The notes under the pieces: model-generated
Seen by the model: only the letters and a program-made list of their open reading frames with translations
What the model was told of the DNA's origin: nothing
The model's database searches: none
NCBI RefSeq assembly: GCF_009914755.1
Contig: NC_060941.1
Reading direction: 5' to 3' (one strand)
Length of the DNA: 64,000 bases
Source of the DNA: the human T2T-CHM13v2.0 reference genome, Homo sapiens
Shown here: piece after piece, positions 1 through 15,704 of the stretch
How positions within the stretch are numbered: the first letter of the stretch is position 1
How the letters are laid out: each line of letters starts with the position of its first letter
Program-made: the position numbers and the translations under genes

Positions 1-201
1 AAGCTATTCTCCTGCCTCAGCCTCCCAAGTAGCTGGGACTACAGGCATGCGCCACCACGCCCGGGTTAATTTTGTATTTTTAGTAGAGACGAGGCTTCTC
101 CATGTTGGTCAGGCTGTTCTCAAACTTCTGACCTCAGGTGATCCACCTGCCTCGGCCTCCCAAAGTGTTGGGATTACAGGCGTGAGCCACTGCACTTGGC
201 C
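1..201 (-). mobile_element. AluS (cut by window edge)
   Basis: Antisense Alu consensus ending …gagccactgcacttggcc. Confidence 0.9.
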
Positions 202-618
202 GCTTTCATACATTTTAGGAAGACAATACATCAATCAATACAGGCAAGGTTTACATTGGTTTGATCTGGAAGGGCAGGACAATTCAAAGTAGGGTGCAGC
301 TTCCAGAGGTCAGATTTTAAAACTTTCTGATTGGCAATTGATTGAAAGAGTTATTATCGGTAGAAAGGAATGTCTGGGTTATGATAAGAGGTTGTGAAGA
401 CCTAGGTTTTGTCACACAGACGAAGCCTCCAAGTAGCAGGATTTAGGGAGAATAGACTGTATTGTTTCTTATCAGACCTAAGGTCCCCGTTGGTGTGAAT
501 GCTGGAGGGTATAATGAGGCATCTCCCACCCCCTCTTCCATCGTGGCCTGACTAGATTTTCAGGTAACCCTGGAATGCCTTTGGCCAAGAGGAGGGGTCC
601 ATTATTTTTGGTTTACAA
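202..618 (-). mobile_element. MER4-family ERV1 LTR (partial)
   Basis: Ends …tttttggtttaca (reverse complement of the TGTAAACCAAAAA MER4 start); typical gaagcctccaagtagcagg…gagaataga segment. Confidence 0.75.
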
Positions 619-1131
619 CAGTGAGAAGTGAGTTGGGGGAGAATTGGACTTTTGTTTGGGTTCTATTTTATACACATCTCTATTGTTTGGATATTCTGCA
701 GCAAACATTACAAATTTTTTTAAATGCTGAAGTCAAATTGATGCCTTCAAGTCTATGAACGCTGTCATCCCAGCAAAGCACAGTGCACCTGCTTTCCCAT
801 GTGTTCTGGGCATGTCCTCACAAGTTGGGGTGAGACAGAGTTGATCCCTCTGCCACTCTGCCCACTCCTGCCAATGGCTGTGCTTCCTGGCAAGTCATTG
901 GCTCTTCTGAGCCTCAGTGTGCCCACCCATAATGCAGGCAGAGGCATCTCAGAAGCTCCAGAGTCACTGGGAAATGGCACATGGGGTGGCAGGAAGGTGG
1001 GAGGGGGAGAGAACAAGAAGGCACTATGTTAGCAAAACTCAGCATGAGGGAGGGCCAGCTGCAGCCCAGCTCCTTGGCTGCAACCACAAGGGAGGGCAGG
1101 GAAAGAAGAGGAAGGAAAGAAAAAAGGAGAG

Positions 1132-1409
1132 GAGCCAGGCCTGGTGGTTCACTTTGGGAGGCTAAAGAGGGCAGATCACTTGAGGCTGGGAGTTCGAGAC
1201 CAGCCTGGTCAACATGGTGAAACCCCATCTCTACTAAAAATACAAAAATTAGCAAGGCTTGGTGGTGTGCATCTGTAGTTCCACCTACTTAGGAGGCTGA
1301 GGCAGGAGGATCGCTTGAACCTGGGAGGTGGAGGCTGCAGTGAGCCAAGATTGTGCCACTGCACTCCAGCCTAAGCTACAGAGTGAGACTCCATCTGAAA
1401 AAAAAAAAA
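1132..1409 (+). mobile_element. Alu
   Basis: Dimeric Alu with A tail and a small 5' deletion. Confidence 0.9.
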
Positions 1410-2179
1410 GAGAGAAAAGAAAAGAAAGAAGAGGAAGGGCTACTGCACTCTGGACTCAGTGCCCTCCTTGGTCTCACACCCTTGCTGACCTCCCTCCTGG
1501 CACATGAGGTCTTCATGCTGCTCAGGCCCATGGCTGACCTCCTCTCCTCTGGAGTGGTCCATCCCTACCAGATCTCCTCCTGTCCAGCTGAGCAGACCAG
1601 GCCTATACAGGCTGCTTCTGGCTCCACTGAGGCCCAGGAGCTTACACCTTTGGACCGGGTGTCAAAAGTGTCCTTCTTATTAGCAAAAAGAATTTTGGAG
1701 GGAAAAACAAATGACATCCTCAGACATCCTAGGGCAGAGTCAGAAGCAGAGAGGAGACTGAATGGGCTCGGGTGGGTGTGGAAGGTCACTGCAGGCCGCC
1801 ATAGGACAGGCCTGGGCTCACAGGAGCAGGATGTGGGGAGGGGGATTGCCAGGCAGGGGTGGGGACCAAAGTGAAGGCCACCTGGTGGGAGCCAGTCAGA
1901 GGGGTGGGGCAGGGTTAGATCACAAGGGAATCCAATGCCAGGGGGCCAGGGGATGTTTTGCAATGTGGGCAACTGAACCTGAGATGTGACAAGACCAGTG
2001 ATTTGGCGACCTGCCCAGGCAGGCCCAGCCCCCAGGGTATTGAGATGACACATTCTAAACTCAGGTGACCCGGGCCTTGGGAGTGCACTAGCAACTGGCT
2101 GTCAGTCACGGGGCTCTTCAGATATTTGTCACGTGAATGAGCCAGACAGTAAGTGGAGATGCCCTTCCTAGTCACCTAC

Positions 2180-2810
2180 TGCCGGCGTTCACGCTGTGAA
2201 CCAGCGAACTAGGCCACCGGCCTGACCCAGTTTTCCCTGTGGCCTGCCAAGCCAAGGAGAAGCAGACGCGGCCGGCGCAGGCGTCCAGGGTGACTCGGAG
2301 GCGTGGCTCTGCAGTCGCGGCTCTGCAGTCGCCTTGGAGCGGCTGCCCTTCCGACCCCGCCTGGGCTATGACTCATCTTCGGTGGAGGAGAAAGGGGCCT
2401 TTGTGAGCGCCCAGCTCCGGCGTCTCCTGGACAGCACCGCCCTCCGGTGGCCGCGAGTCAGGAGGGCTGGGGAAGCCGCCCGAGAGGCAGCGCCCGAGCT
2501 CCCCACGAGCTGCTGTGCCATTGGAAGCGCCAGCGCCCTCCCCTCGGAGTCCAGCCAAGTCGGGGGGAAGACTGGGAGAGAAATCGTCACCCCCTAGAGG
2601 GCAAGTGGGCTCAGCCCTAGGAAATGCTTGTTTCTCCAGCCCCTCCCAGACGCCCCGGGGAAACGGCATCCCAGAGCTCCGCTCCCTGGAGGCCCCTCCA
2701 GAGAGGGACCCGGGGCCCCGCCCCGCAGCTGGAGAAGGGGTGAATGCCTTTCCTACCTAACGCCTGGTCCGCGGCCCTGCTTGTTGCGTCTCCAAGACCA
2801 CGTGTCTGCT
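2180..2810. promoter_or_regulatory. CpG-rich island / enhancer-promoter-like element
   Basis: High GC and CpG density, non-repetitive. AP-1 TGACTCA 2369-2375; CTCF-like motifs 2436-2453 (-) and 2591-2604 (+); E-box CACGTG near 2799. Confidence 0.65.
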
Positions 2811-2819
2811 GCATTTTAA

Positions 2820-3630
2820 AAATAGTTGTGAACATCTGACTTTCTCCTTTTGTGAGTTGCCTATTCATATCCTTGGTCTGCTTTTCTATTTTCTATTTTT
2901 TCTCTTGTTGACGTACAGAAGCACTTTAAAAATGTCAGTTCTGTCGAATGTGTTGCAAATATTTTTCTAAGCTTAGAATTTTACCTTCTGATTTTGTTTT
3001 TGGTGATATTTGATACACCACACGACATTTTGATGTGGGATGACCTTTTGATGTTTTTCTTTTTCTTTCTTTAGTTTTTTATTTTTGAGTCAGCGCCTCA
3101 CTCTGTCACCCAGGCTGGAGTACAGTGGCGTGATCTTGGCTCCCTGCAGTCTCCGCCTCCCGGCTCAAGCCATCCTCCCACCTTAGCCTCCCTAGTAGCT
3201 GGAACCACAGGTGCACACCACTACGCCCGGCTAATTTTTGTATCTTTTGTAGAGAGGAGGTCTCGCTATGTTGCCCAGGCTGGTCTTGAACTCCTGGGCT
3301 CAAGCAACCTGCCTGCCTTGGGCCTCCCAAAGTGCTGGGATTACAGGCTTGAGCCACTACTCCCGGCCTTGATGTTTTCCTTTATTCTTTCTCCCTTTTG
3401 TTTTTTTTTAATTGTAAAACTGCTCCCATCTGAGTATCACACAGACATTTCAGATCTATATTTTTTCTTTTCTGCTCCTCTTCCCCCCTTCCCTTCCTCC
3501 ATTTCCTCTTACTCCTTCATTTGGCTTTTAAACCCACCTGGGACTAATTTTGATATAAACTGGAAGATAAAGATCTAAACTTATTTTTTTCTGAATAGTC
3601 AACTTTTCATATGTCATTATTCAGGCTTTC
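2820..3630 (-). mobile_element. Old L1M fragments, interrupted by an Alu
   Basis: T-rich degenerate antisense L1 (ttgcctattcatatcctt…). Confidence 0.5.
3062..3368 (-). mobile_element. AluJ
   Basis: Antisense Alu with J-type features (gggctcaag). Confidence 0.9.
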
Positions 3631-3635
3631 TCTCT

Positions 3636-3939
<304 letters not shown>

Positions 3940-4230
3940 AGCCTTTCTCTTTTAGTAGAATATTTCCTCACTGGTTTGAAATATCACTTTGATTATAAAC
4001 TAAATGCTCGGGCCTATTTCTGGCCAGGACCCTGACCTTATACATTAAGCCAAAGGATATGGACTTCTTAAAAAAATCATATTAGGCCGCTAATTATGGA
4101 TTTAGGACATTTATTCACATTGTTTTAGGCTCCAACTAAAAGCAGGCTTGAATGAAGCAGCTGCACAGGAAAACTGGATAGGAAAGATTTCATTTAAAAG
4201 GACATAAACATTTTAAATTCTTTTTAAAAA

Positions 4231-4369
4231 TTTATTATTATTTATTTTTAATAGAGACAGGGTCTGGCTTTGTTGCCCAGGCTGGCTTTGAACTCCTGGG
4301 CTCAAGCAGTCGTCTTGCCTCAGCTTCCTAAAGTGCTGGGATTACAGGCATGAGCCACCACACCTGGCC
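4231..4369 (-). mobile_element. FLAM/Alu left monomer
   Basis: Single antisense monomer. Confidence 0.85.
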
Positions 4370-4378
4370 AACATTTTC

Positions 4379-4486
4379 TTTTCTTTTCTTTTTTTTAATT
4401 TTCTTTTTTTTATTTTATTATTATTATACTTTAAGTTTTAGGGTACATGTGCACAATGTGCAGGTTAGTTACATATGTATACATGT
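4379..4486 (-). mobile_element. Extremely 5'-truncated young L1PA (3' end only) with 15-bp TSD
   Basis: ttattatactttaagttttagggtacatgtgcacaatgtgcaggttagttacatatgtatacatgt preceded by a T-rich tail; TSD ctggccaacattttc at 4364-4378 and 4487-4501. Confidence 0.9.
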
Positions 4487-4912
4487 CTGGCCAACATTTT
4501 CAATTCTTATTATACAAAATGTCAAACCTTCCTCCAGAATGGACATAAATAGACTAATGCATATCCTCCCAGAAGCATATGAGAATGCCCTTTTCACTAC
4601 ACCGTTCTGAGGTTGAGTATTATTTGTAAAACTATGTCCTAGTTTGAAAGGAAAAATAGGATCTCATTGTTCTCTCATAATTTGCATTTCTTTAATGCTT
4701 GAGAGTGAATTTTTTCATGGTCATTTATAAAATACCTAGATATAAGCTTGACACAAAATGTGCATGTCCTATAAACAACAAAAACTTAACTAAGAGGTTT
4801 TAAATAAAGTTTACATACATGGAAAGGCATGTGATACTCGTGAATGGAAAGATGCCAGTTCTGGCCAAATTAATATATAAGTTTTGTGTGATTCTTTTTT
4901 TTAACACATTTT

Positions 4913-5537
4913 TTCTTATTTTTAAAAAAATTAGAGACAGCCTCTTGCTGTGTTGCCCAGGCTGAAGTGCAGTGGTGTGCTCATGGCTCACTGTAACCTC
5001 AAACTCCTGAGCTCCTGTGATCCTCCCACCTCAGCCTCCCAAGTAGCTAGGACTACAGGTGCATGCCACCACGCCCAGCTAATTTTTGTATTTTTAATTT
5101 TTTTTGTAGAGATGGTGTCTTGCTGTGTTGCCCAGGTTAGTCTCAAATTCTTTTTTTTTTTTTTTTTTGGAAAGAGTCTCACTCTGTCCCCCAGGCTGGA
5201 GTGCAGTGGTGCGATCTTGGCTCATTGCAACCTCCACATCCCTAGTTCAAGCAATTCTCACGCCTCAGCCTCCTGAGTAGCTGGGATTACAGATGTGCAC
5301 CACCATGCCCAACAAATTTTTTGTTTTTTAGTAGAGACGGGATTTTCCCATGTTGTCCAGGCTGGTCTCAAACTCCTGAGCTCAGGCAATCTGCCCACCT
5401 CAGCCTCCCAAAGTGCTAGGATTACAGGCATGAGCTATTGTGCCCGGCCTGGTCTCAAACTCTTGTGCTCAAGCGATCCTCCCACCTCAGTCTCCCAAAA
5501 TGCTGGGATTATAGGTGTGAGCAACTGCCCATGGCCA
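4913..5537 (-). mobile_element. AluJ split by a nested AluS (5151-5448)
   Basis: The outer Alu resumes after the inner one, with duplicated gtctcaaa(t/c)tc. Confidence 0.85.
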
Positions 5538-5729
5538 GTTTTGTGCAATTGTATTAATAATAAAAATTCCAATATATTTTTGGGGAATTTTGCATAGTGA
5601 ATCTAAAGGTCATAGACAAGTGGGGACAACCAAGAACACTTTGAAAAAAATGGCCAGCGAAGGAGAACTTGTTCATATTAGCAGGTGTTCTAGAAAGACC
5701 CTCTAATCTCCCTACCCAGCTGGGATTTT

Positions 5730-6080
5730 GAAGAGATGTTGTAGTGAAGTTATTATTTTCAGAGACATGGGCCAGGTTAAGGGAACCAAGAGGGGAAGTT
5801 GAAGCTTGTGCAACAGCAGGACTCCATTAGCACCCCAGACAGTTCGGAGGGTCGGCCACACCCAAGTTACAGCCCTAGGGCTGCAGTCACTGCCAGAACC
5901 ACAGCAAAGCAGGGAGGGAGCAGGACAAATACATACCCCCTCCCCTCCTGTCACCTGTCCCCCTTGCTGTTGCCTCTTGATGGCTGAACCTTATTCAAAG
6001 TACCAGGGGAAGTTAAGTGATTCAATGCTTAGGGCTGGCTCAGTCTCCGGGGGCACAGAGAAAGGTAGGGGAGGCTGCAA
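5730..6080 (-). mobile_element. LTR33/LTR16-type ERVL LTR
   Basis: ggttaagggaaccaa…gcaacagcagga…cactgccagaacc…gcagggagggag motif order. Confidence 0.55.
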
Positions 6081-6273
6081 AGAGTATCTGGGGACACAGA
6101 GATTAATCAGGACATGCGGTAAGTCCACCTTGGGACACTTTTCTAAGAAAATCATCTGCCATATGCTGAAATACTTTTTACAAGTATATGGACTGCAATA
6201 TTACGTTCTGTTTCAAACAAGCCAACTTAAATGTTCAACAGCAGAAGATTCATTAAATAAAAAATGTTATGTC

Positions 6274-6578
6274 GGCTGGGCACGGTGGCTCACGAGTCAT
6301 CCCAGCACTTTGGGAGGCTGAGGCAGGAGGATCACTTGAGGTCAGGAGTTCAAGACCAGCCAGTCCAACATCGCAAAACCCCGTCTCTACTAAAAATACA
6401 AAAAATAGCTGGGCATAGTGGTGCATGCCTGTAGTACCAGCTACTGGGGACGCTGAGGCAGGAGGATCACTTGAGCCCAGGAGGTTGACGCTCAGTGAAC
6501 TATGATTATGCCACTGTGCTCTAGACTGGGTGACAGAACGAGACCCTGCCTAAAAAAAAGAAAGAAAGAAAGAAAGAA
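6274..6578 (+). mobile_element. Alu
   Basis: Dimeric Alu with (GAAA)n tail. Confidence 0.9.
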
Positions 6579-6819
6579 GACCTGAAAGGAGAGTCACCAA
6601 AAGGTAAAATATACTTATTTTGGAGTGTGGGACTGTGAGCAATATCAATTTCTTCTTTAAACTTTTTTTGGGTATTTTTCAATTTTCCTTTTATAGTCAG
6701 AAATAAATCCAAGAAATAGGTGCAACCTCGAGATAAACAGGACTCAGGATGCTGAGAATGTTTCCACAGCTCACCTTCAGGATTGTCCATGTTCCACTTT
6801 ACTGTTGAACGTGAACTTC

Positions 6820-7295
6820 ATGTGTCAGTTCTCTGTGGCTGTGCAGCAGATAGTCCCATAATTTAGGGGCTTTAAACAGACAATGATTTTTTTTTTTTTT
6901 TTTTTTGGCAGTGTCTGGTTGATTGGGCGGTCTTTGCCTAGGGGTGGCTCATGTGGCTGTGTTCACTGGCAACAGGCTGGTGGGAATGTCCAAGAAGGCC
7001 TCTTGTATTTGCCTGGGGCCTTGGGGCCAGGCACCTCTGTTCTCCTCCAGGAATCTCCTGGTTCCTCTCACAGGGGGATGGCCTGGACTTCTTGAGAGCA
7101 TGGTGGCCTGCTTACAAGAGCAGGAGCCCCCCTGTGCAAATGTCTATCAAGCCCCTGCTTACATAGCTCTTGCTAATATCCAGTTGGCAAAGCAAATCAC
7201 CCGGCCAAGTCCAGAGTCTGCATGAGAAGGGGCTACACCAGGGTGCAAGTAGTAGGAGGTGGAGTTGGGTGGGGCACTGGTTAGCAGTCCACCAC
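6820..7295 (-). mobile_element. MLT1 (H/J-type) MaLR LTR
   Basis: tgtgtcagtt…ttaaaca…ttggcaaagcaaatcac…caccaca layout. Confidence 0.6.
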
Positions 7296-7510
7296 ATTTC
7301 TTCATAAGGCAAAAGCTGATTTCATCTGCTTATGTAAACTTCATCAAATATATCGCTAATGCTGTGTTAATCTTTTAGAAGAAAAACAATGTCCCCAAGA
7401 GTCCACCTCCAAGAGAACAAGCAACTTCCTAGCAGATGCTGAGGCTTGCAAGACTAATCTGGGCTTGGAAGTGTTAAAAGAAAAGATTTTAATTTAAAAA
7501 GCAAAGAAAG

Positions 7511-7801
7511 GGCCGGGCTCAGTGGCTCATGCCTGTAATCCCACCACATTGGAAGCCAAGGCAGGCAGACTGCTTAAAGCCAGGAGTTTGAGACCAGCTT
7601 GACCAACATGGCGAAACCCCGTCTCTACTAAAAATTGGCTGGGCATGGTGGCCTGTCCATGTGGTCCCAGCTACTTGGGAGGCTGAGATGGGAGAATCAC
7701 TTGAACTGGGGACCCAGAGGTTGCAGTGACTTGAGATCGCACCACTGCACTTCAGCCTAGGCAACAGAGCAAGACTGTCTCAAAATAAAATAAAATAAAA
7801 A
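7511..7801 (+). mobile_element. Alu
   Basis: Dimeric Alu with TSD aaaagcaaagaaag. Confidence 0.9.
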
Positions 7802-8039
7802 GCAAAGAAAGTCCTTGAACCCATTGGAAACATCTTTCAAGGAGCATGAAACCAACCCTTTTATCACGTAACAAGTATTAATGGAAAGACATGAGACGTT
7901 GCAAAGTATTACTAGATGCTGGAGTCTAGAGATTATCTATTTGACATTTAGGCAGAGAGCAAGGAAAAAACACAAAGTACTAAGGAAGCAGGGAGCCTCT
8001 CTAAATGCTGATAAGACGATGAACTGCGTTAGTCGGGGA

Positions 8040-8131
8040 ACACTTTGGGAGACTGAGGTGGGTGGATCATTTGAGGCCAGGAGTTCAAGACCAGCCTGGT
8101 TAACATGGGGAAACCCATCTCTACTAAAAAT
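8040..8131 (+). mobile_element. Alu fragment
   Basis: cactttgggag…ctactaaaaata. Confidence 0.8.
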
Positions 8132-8439
8132 ATCTCTCAAGGCAGCCTCTTGGTGAGCGAAAGTTCTGAGGCAACCCGGTGGAGGGTTAGAGTTCCCCGA
8201 TGGGCAGGCTTTGGTTTGCAAATCAACTGGTAACCCTCAAGAAGAGATCCGTCTAGGAGAACATATAATTAGATGAACTTGCCTTGTAGGCATCTGCTGA
8301 ACTGCGAGGTAAAAGGTTATATTTGCATGTCTAAAGGAATGAGTAGGAAGTGGGAAACTGGGGAACCGGGGAGTGAGAAAAGAAGAGAGAAAAAAATAAT
8401 TAAACCATCTCTTAGAAAAACGGGGCTACTCAGTTACAA
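8132..8439 (-). mobile_element. ERV1-type LTR fragment
   Basis: Ends …cttagaaaaacggggctactcagttaca (TGTAAC terminus on minus). Confidence 0.5.
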
Positions 8440-8589
8440 TCCCTCAGCTAAATACCCCCGGAGTGTGTTTGACCCAGGCTCACAGCCGTCCCTGGTGGGG
8501 TTGAGCCCCAGTTGCCCACTGCGGTTAACTCAGACTTGTAGGGCTTTCCTCTCTTCCGGCCTCACTGCTCCCCTTCCTCACTGCCTTTA

Positions 8590-8960
8590 GATTTCTGACC
8601 TCTACTTGCTGATTTACCTTGAGCAATTACTTCAACTCTGTGCTTAGGGACCTCGTTTGTAACATAGGGTGGTTACATAGTGGTAACATAGGTACCTGCT
8701 ATGATGAGGAAAAAAGAAGGTAACATGCACAAAGTGTTTAGAACAGTACCCGGCATATAGTATGTCCTCAAAAATGTCAATCATGACTACATAAATAGAA
8801 CAAGTACGCAGGCCACAGGAAATAAAACTCACCCAGCCAGCTTCGGTTTCCACCTCTATGAAATGTACATCAAAATGCCTATTTTGAGAGATCACTGTGA
8901 GGGGTACGTTGAATGACATAACCTATGTCAGGTACAAAGCACAGGGCTTGGCCCAGATGG
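8590..8960 (+). mobile_element. MIR fragments
   Basis: ccttgagcaattacttcaactctg…aaagtgtttagaacagtacccggcatatag. Confidence 0.6.
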
Positions 8961-9250
8961 GGCCACTGCTGGACAAGCTAACTGCTCTATTTTCATCAAG
9001 CGGCTGTGCTATCAAGAGAGAATGACCTCTACCAAGCAAGAAGGGCCAAGAGTTGGGGTGCAGATGAGACCACTTCTGACTCCCAGGCCACTTCCTCCTT
9101 TGTCACTGGAGAAAGGTGCGATTTCAGGCAGGTCATGTCCCTTGGGCCTTGGTTTTAACATCCCTAAAAAGGAGTGATTGGATTTGGGGGATTGCTAAAT
9201 GACGTCCTACCGGCTCTAAAGATCTAGGGAGAGCCCCTGTCCTGAAATGG

Positions 9251-9372
9251 ACACACACACACACACACACACACACATTCCTATACACACATAGACACAC
9301 ACATACACACTATATACACACATACATTCACACATACACAATACATACATATACTCACACATATACACACAT
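9251..9372. repeat. (CA)n microsatellite and degenerate CA/TA tract
   Basis: Direct reading. Confidence 0.95.
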
Positions 9373-9377
9373 GCTCA

Positions 9378-10337
<960 letters not shown>

Positions 10338-10898
10338 CTCACACACACACTGCAGAGAGGAAGCCTCTGTGGCCACACTGGGCCAGTCAGTCACCTCTGG
10401 AAGCCTTAGTCTCCAGGCTCAGTTGGCCTTGAAAATCACCCTAGAGAAGAATAACGTGTCTAGAAAACATTTCCAGGCACTTCCATGTGCTGTGCAAATG
10501 CTGTTTTCTTCTTAGGTCCCTCCTCTCCTTTTGTCACTTTGCAAATGTCTGCAGCTGCCTTGCCAAGTATGGGATCAGGTCACATTGCTCTGCCGAGGGC
10601 TGGGCTGGGGCCCAGGAAGCCAGACTCTCCAGATCTACCTGCCCTGTCCTCCCACCCACCTCTTCCCAGCCCCTGCAAGAATTCATTAGCCCGGAGGAAG
10701 AAGGCAACAGCCCTTGAGGGTGTTTTACTGGGCTCCTCAAACATGTCTGCAGCCCTTCCCAGGAAGCTAGGTTGAGAGAAAACTGCAGAACAGATGGGGC
10801 CCGGGAAGGAGGAAGCATTGGACTGAAGAGGCACAGAGACGAGCCAGGAGAGGGCTGAGTGATGCAGATGCAGCCCCTGGGCTGGCTCTAGGCCTTAG

Positions 10899-11386
<488 letters not shown>

Positions 11387-11828
11387 TAGGAGGATGGGAT
11401 TTTGGTCTTCAGAACACCATCCATGGCTTCTGATGCTGTCCTTGCCCCACCCCCAGGGCCCCTTCAGGGCCAATGTTTTCTTGTTACTTCAACGTGGTCA
11501 GCCTAAAGGATCTCACTGCCTCCCTGAGAACTGCTCCGGGGCCACAGATCTCTTGCTCTCTGTCATTCCTTTCTGGGACAGGAGACCCTGCTGGTTCTGG
11601 AGGAGTGTGGGGTCTGGTCTCCCCTCTGCTTCTGGCCAAGGTGCCTTGAGCATTTGCATGAATCTTCTCTTCCCCTTTTCTCGCTTCTAGACACCAGCTT
11701 AGTTCCCTAAGGGTTCAGGCCTTTAAGAAAGAGTTTTAGGGTACTCCTCAATCTGCCCCCGCCCTCAAAGCTACTTGAATGTGGAAAAGCAAATGGGAAA
11801 ATACAGGGAGAAAAATGAACATCAATGA

Positions 11829-12233
<405 letters not shown>

Positions 12234-12350
12234 TAGATGGGGAAACCAAGGCTTAATAAGGTCACGTAACTAGCAATTCTGTGTCCTTCCCATCTATACT
12301 CCTGAAAACACTGAAGTAGATCCCAAACTTTTTTTTTTGTACACAGAACT

Positions 12351-12508
12351 CTTTTCTTTTTTTCCTTCCTTCCTCCCTTCCTCCCTCCCTCCCTCTCTCT
12401 CTCTCTCTTTCTTTCGAGAGGAGGTCTTGCTGTGTTGCCCAGGCTGGTCTCAAGTGATCCTCCCACCTTGGCCTCCCCAGCGTACTGGGATTACAGGTGC
12501 ACCCGGCC
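12351..12508 (-). mobile_element. FLAM with pyrimidine-rich tail
   Basis: TSD cacagaactcttt. Confidence 0.8.
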
Positions 12509-13154
12509 CACAGAACTCTTTATTCAAATGAATCTCCCTTGAAAAACCTGAAAGTGTGTGTTGCTGCTCTGGTCAAAGGCAACTGGGACGAGGAGCTCAG
12601 GGTTTGCCTCCTTATCTTCACCTCTGGATGCACCTGTGACACTTCTGTGACTTCACAGGCCCCAAGAGCACATTTGGAAACCTCTGGGCTGTATGACCTC
12701 CAGGCAGGTTCTGAGGCCAACCCCTCAACTCGCTATGCATGGATTGTGATACTCCTTGGTGCCCAGCCCAGCAGATTTCCTTGAAAGATGCTGGCTTCTT
12801 GGCACGTGTAGTCAAAACGTCCCACTTGGTTCTTCCCCAGACTGCTGGGCCCCACTCCTGGATGGGATGTCAGGGCCAGATCCATGGCTTCCTGAGAGAA
12901 TCTGGAGGCTAGCCCACCTCCTGCTGCCCAATCCCTCCAGTGTGTCCAACATAATCAGCCCAAACTGCATGGGGCCAATTTATTTAAATAAATGTTAATC
13001 CTGCTCAGAGCTAGATGAATGGGGCCTTTGGAAACAGTGCTACAATTTGTTCCCTGAGGTAAGTCTTTTTTTCTTTTTTGCATTCATCTCTTCATTGAGG
13101 CTGCTGCCATCTCATCCCCTTCTGATTCATAAAATCAATATGCCTAGAAATGTT

Positions 13155-13375
13155 CAGCCTGGACAATACAGTGAGACCCTGTCTGTACAAAAAATTAAAA
13201 AAAAAAATTAGCTGAGCATGGTGGTATGTGCCTGTAGTCCCAGCTACTCAGGAGGCTGAAGTGGGAGGATTGTTTGAGCCCAGGAGGCAGAGATTGCAGT
13301 AAGCCAGGATCATGCTACTGCACTCCAGCCTGGGTGACATAGAAAGACTCTGGCTCGGAAGGAAGGAAGGAAGGA
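13155..13375 (+). mobile_element. Alu (5'-truncated, J-type)
   Basis: Linker plus right monomer, (GGAA)n tail. Confidence 0.85.
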
Positions 13376-14030
13376 GTAATGCTCACAGCCCTTGGGTTTT
13401 CGTAGCTCATCCCTCCATCCATCCACTCATGGGATAAACATCAGATGAACATCTGAGTACTAGGTGCTGTGCTGAGCCCTTGTCTTCCACAGACAAGGAA
13501 GACTCATCTCTTGTACAGTGCCCAATTCCCAGTTCCCAGCTCGTGCCTCTGTGCTTTTCCAGCCCTGGGAAATTGTTGTGGACATTTGCTGGCACTGGGC
13601 CACTCAGCATTGGTTTCCCCTCACAGCTCTCTGCTCTCCCTTCCCATTGCCTGCCTCCTGCCAGCACAGTCTTGGTGAGACACTAAATCGGGGAGCCTTG
13701 CCCTCCCATCCTGGAAGCCAAAGGGGTCTCTGAAGGTTTTCCCTGCCCCAGTTCTTCCTCTCCCTGCCCCAGTGAGACCAAAGCATTGACACCTGACCTC
13801 AATCCTTCCAGTCAGAGCCCTTCCCAGGACTTTGAAACAAGGTGGGAGAGGCAGTTGACTTCTTCACCACAGCCACACAGCCTGACTGCCAAGAACCTCT
13901 CTGCTGCTTCCTGTTCTTTGTCCAGACCTAGTTCTCCAGCCTTCCTGTGGGTTCTGGGCATCTCCAAAATTTTCTTTTTAATTTAAAGACAACCAGAGTT
14001 GGTTTCTGTTTCCTGCAGTTAAGGATCCCT

Positions 14031-14340
14031 GGCCAGGCACGGTGGCACATGCCTATAATCCCAGCACTTTGGGAAGCCAAGGCGGGAGGATTGCTTGATG
14101 CCAGGGGGTCTAGACCAGCTTGGGAAACAGCGAAACCCTGTCTCTACAAAATATTTTAAAATTAAATCTTTTTAATTTTAAAAAGCTTAGTGGCATGGCC
14201 TGTAGTCCTAGCTACTCGGGAGGCTGAGGCAGGAGGATCTCTTGAGCCTCAAGAGGGTTCAAGGTTACAATGAGCTATGATGGAACCACTGTACTCCAGC
14301 CTGGTAACAAAACAAGACCCTGTCTGTGAAAAATAAATAC
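14031..14340 (+). mobile_element. AluJ
   Basis: Dimeric Alu. Confidence 0.85.
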
Positions 14341-14761
14341 ATTTTTAAAAAAGATCCTTGACCAACATACTGGGTTCTAGCTGTTATTTCAATTGTATCT
14401 AACATGCTGGAAACATACTTTGCCAAGCACCTGTTCTGGGCCAGGTGCTGTGGATATATTGACCTGGAGGAAGACAGACAAGTAAACAGTCAGTGTTTAA
14501 ATTAGGGGAAATGTTGTGGAAGCCTAGAGAACAACAGAGGAAGAGGTCGGCTCCACCTGAAGGGAGGAGGGGTCAGGAAAGCTTCAGAGAGCAGGTCATC
14601 CCAACGGGGGTCCCTGTTTTTGCCCCTGCCCCCACCTGCACCCCCTCAGCCTTCTCAACACAGCAACCTGAGGGATCATTTACAAATCAGATCAGGTCAC
14701 GGCTGGGCTCAGAGCTCTCCAATGGCTCTCATCTCACTCAGAGTCAGAGCTGGGGTCCTGC

Positions 14762-15704
<943 letters not shown>

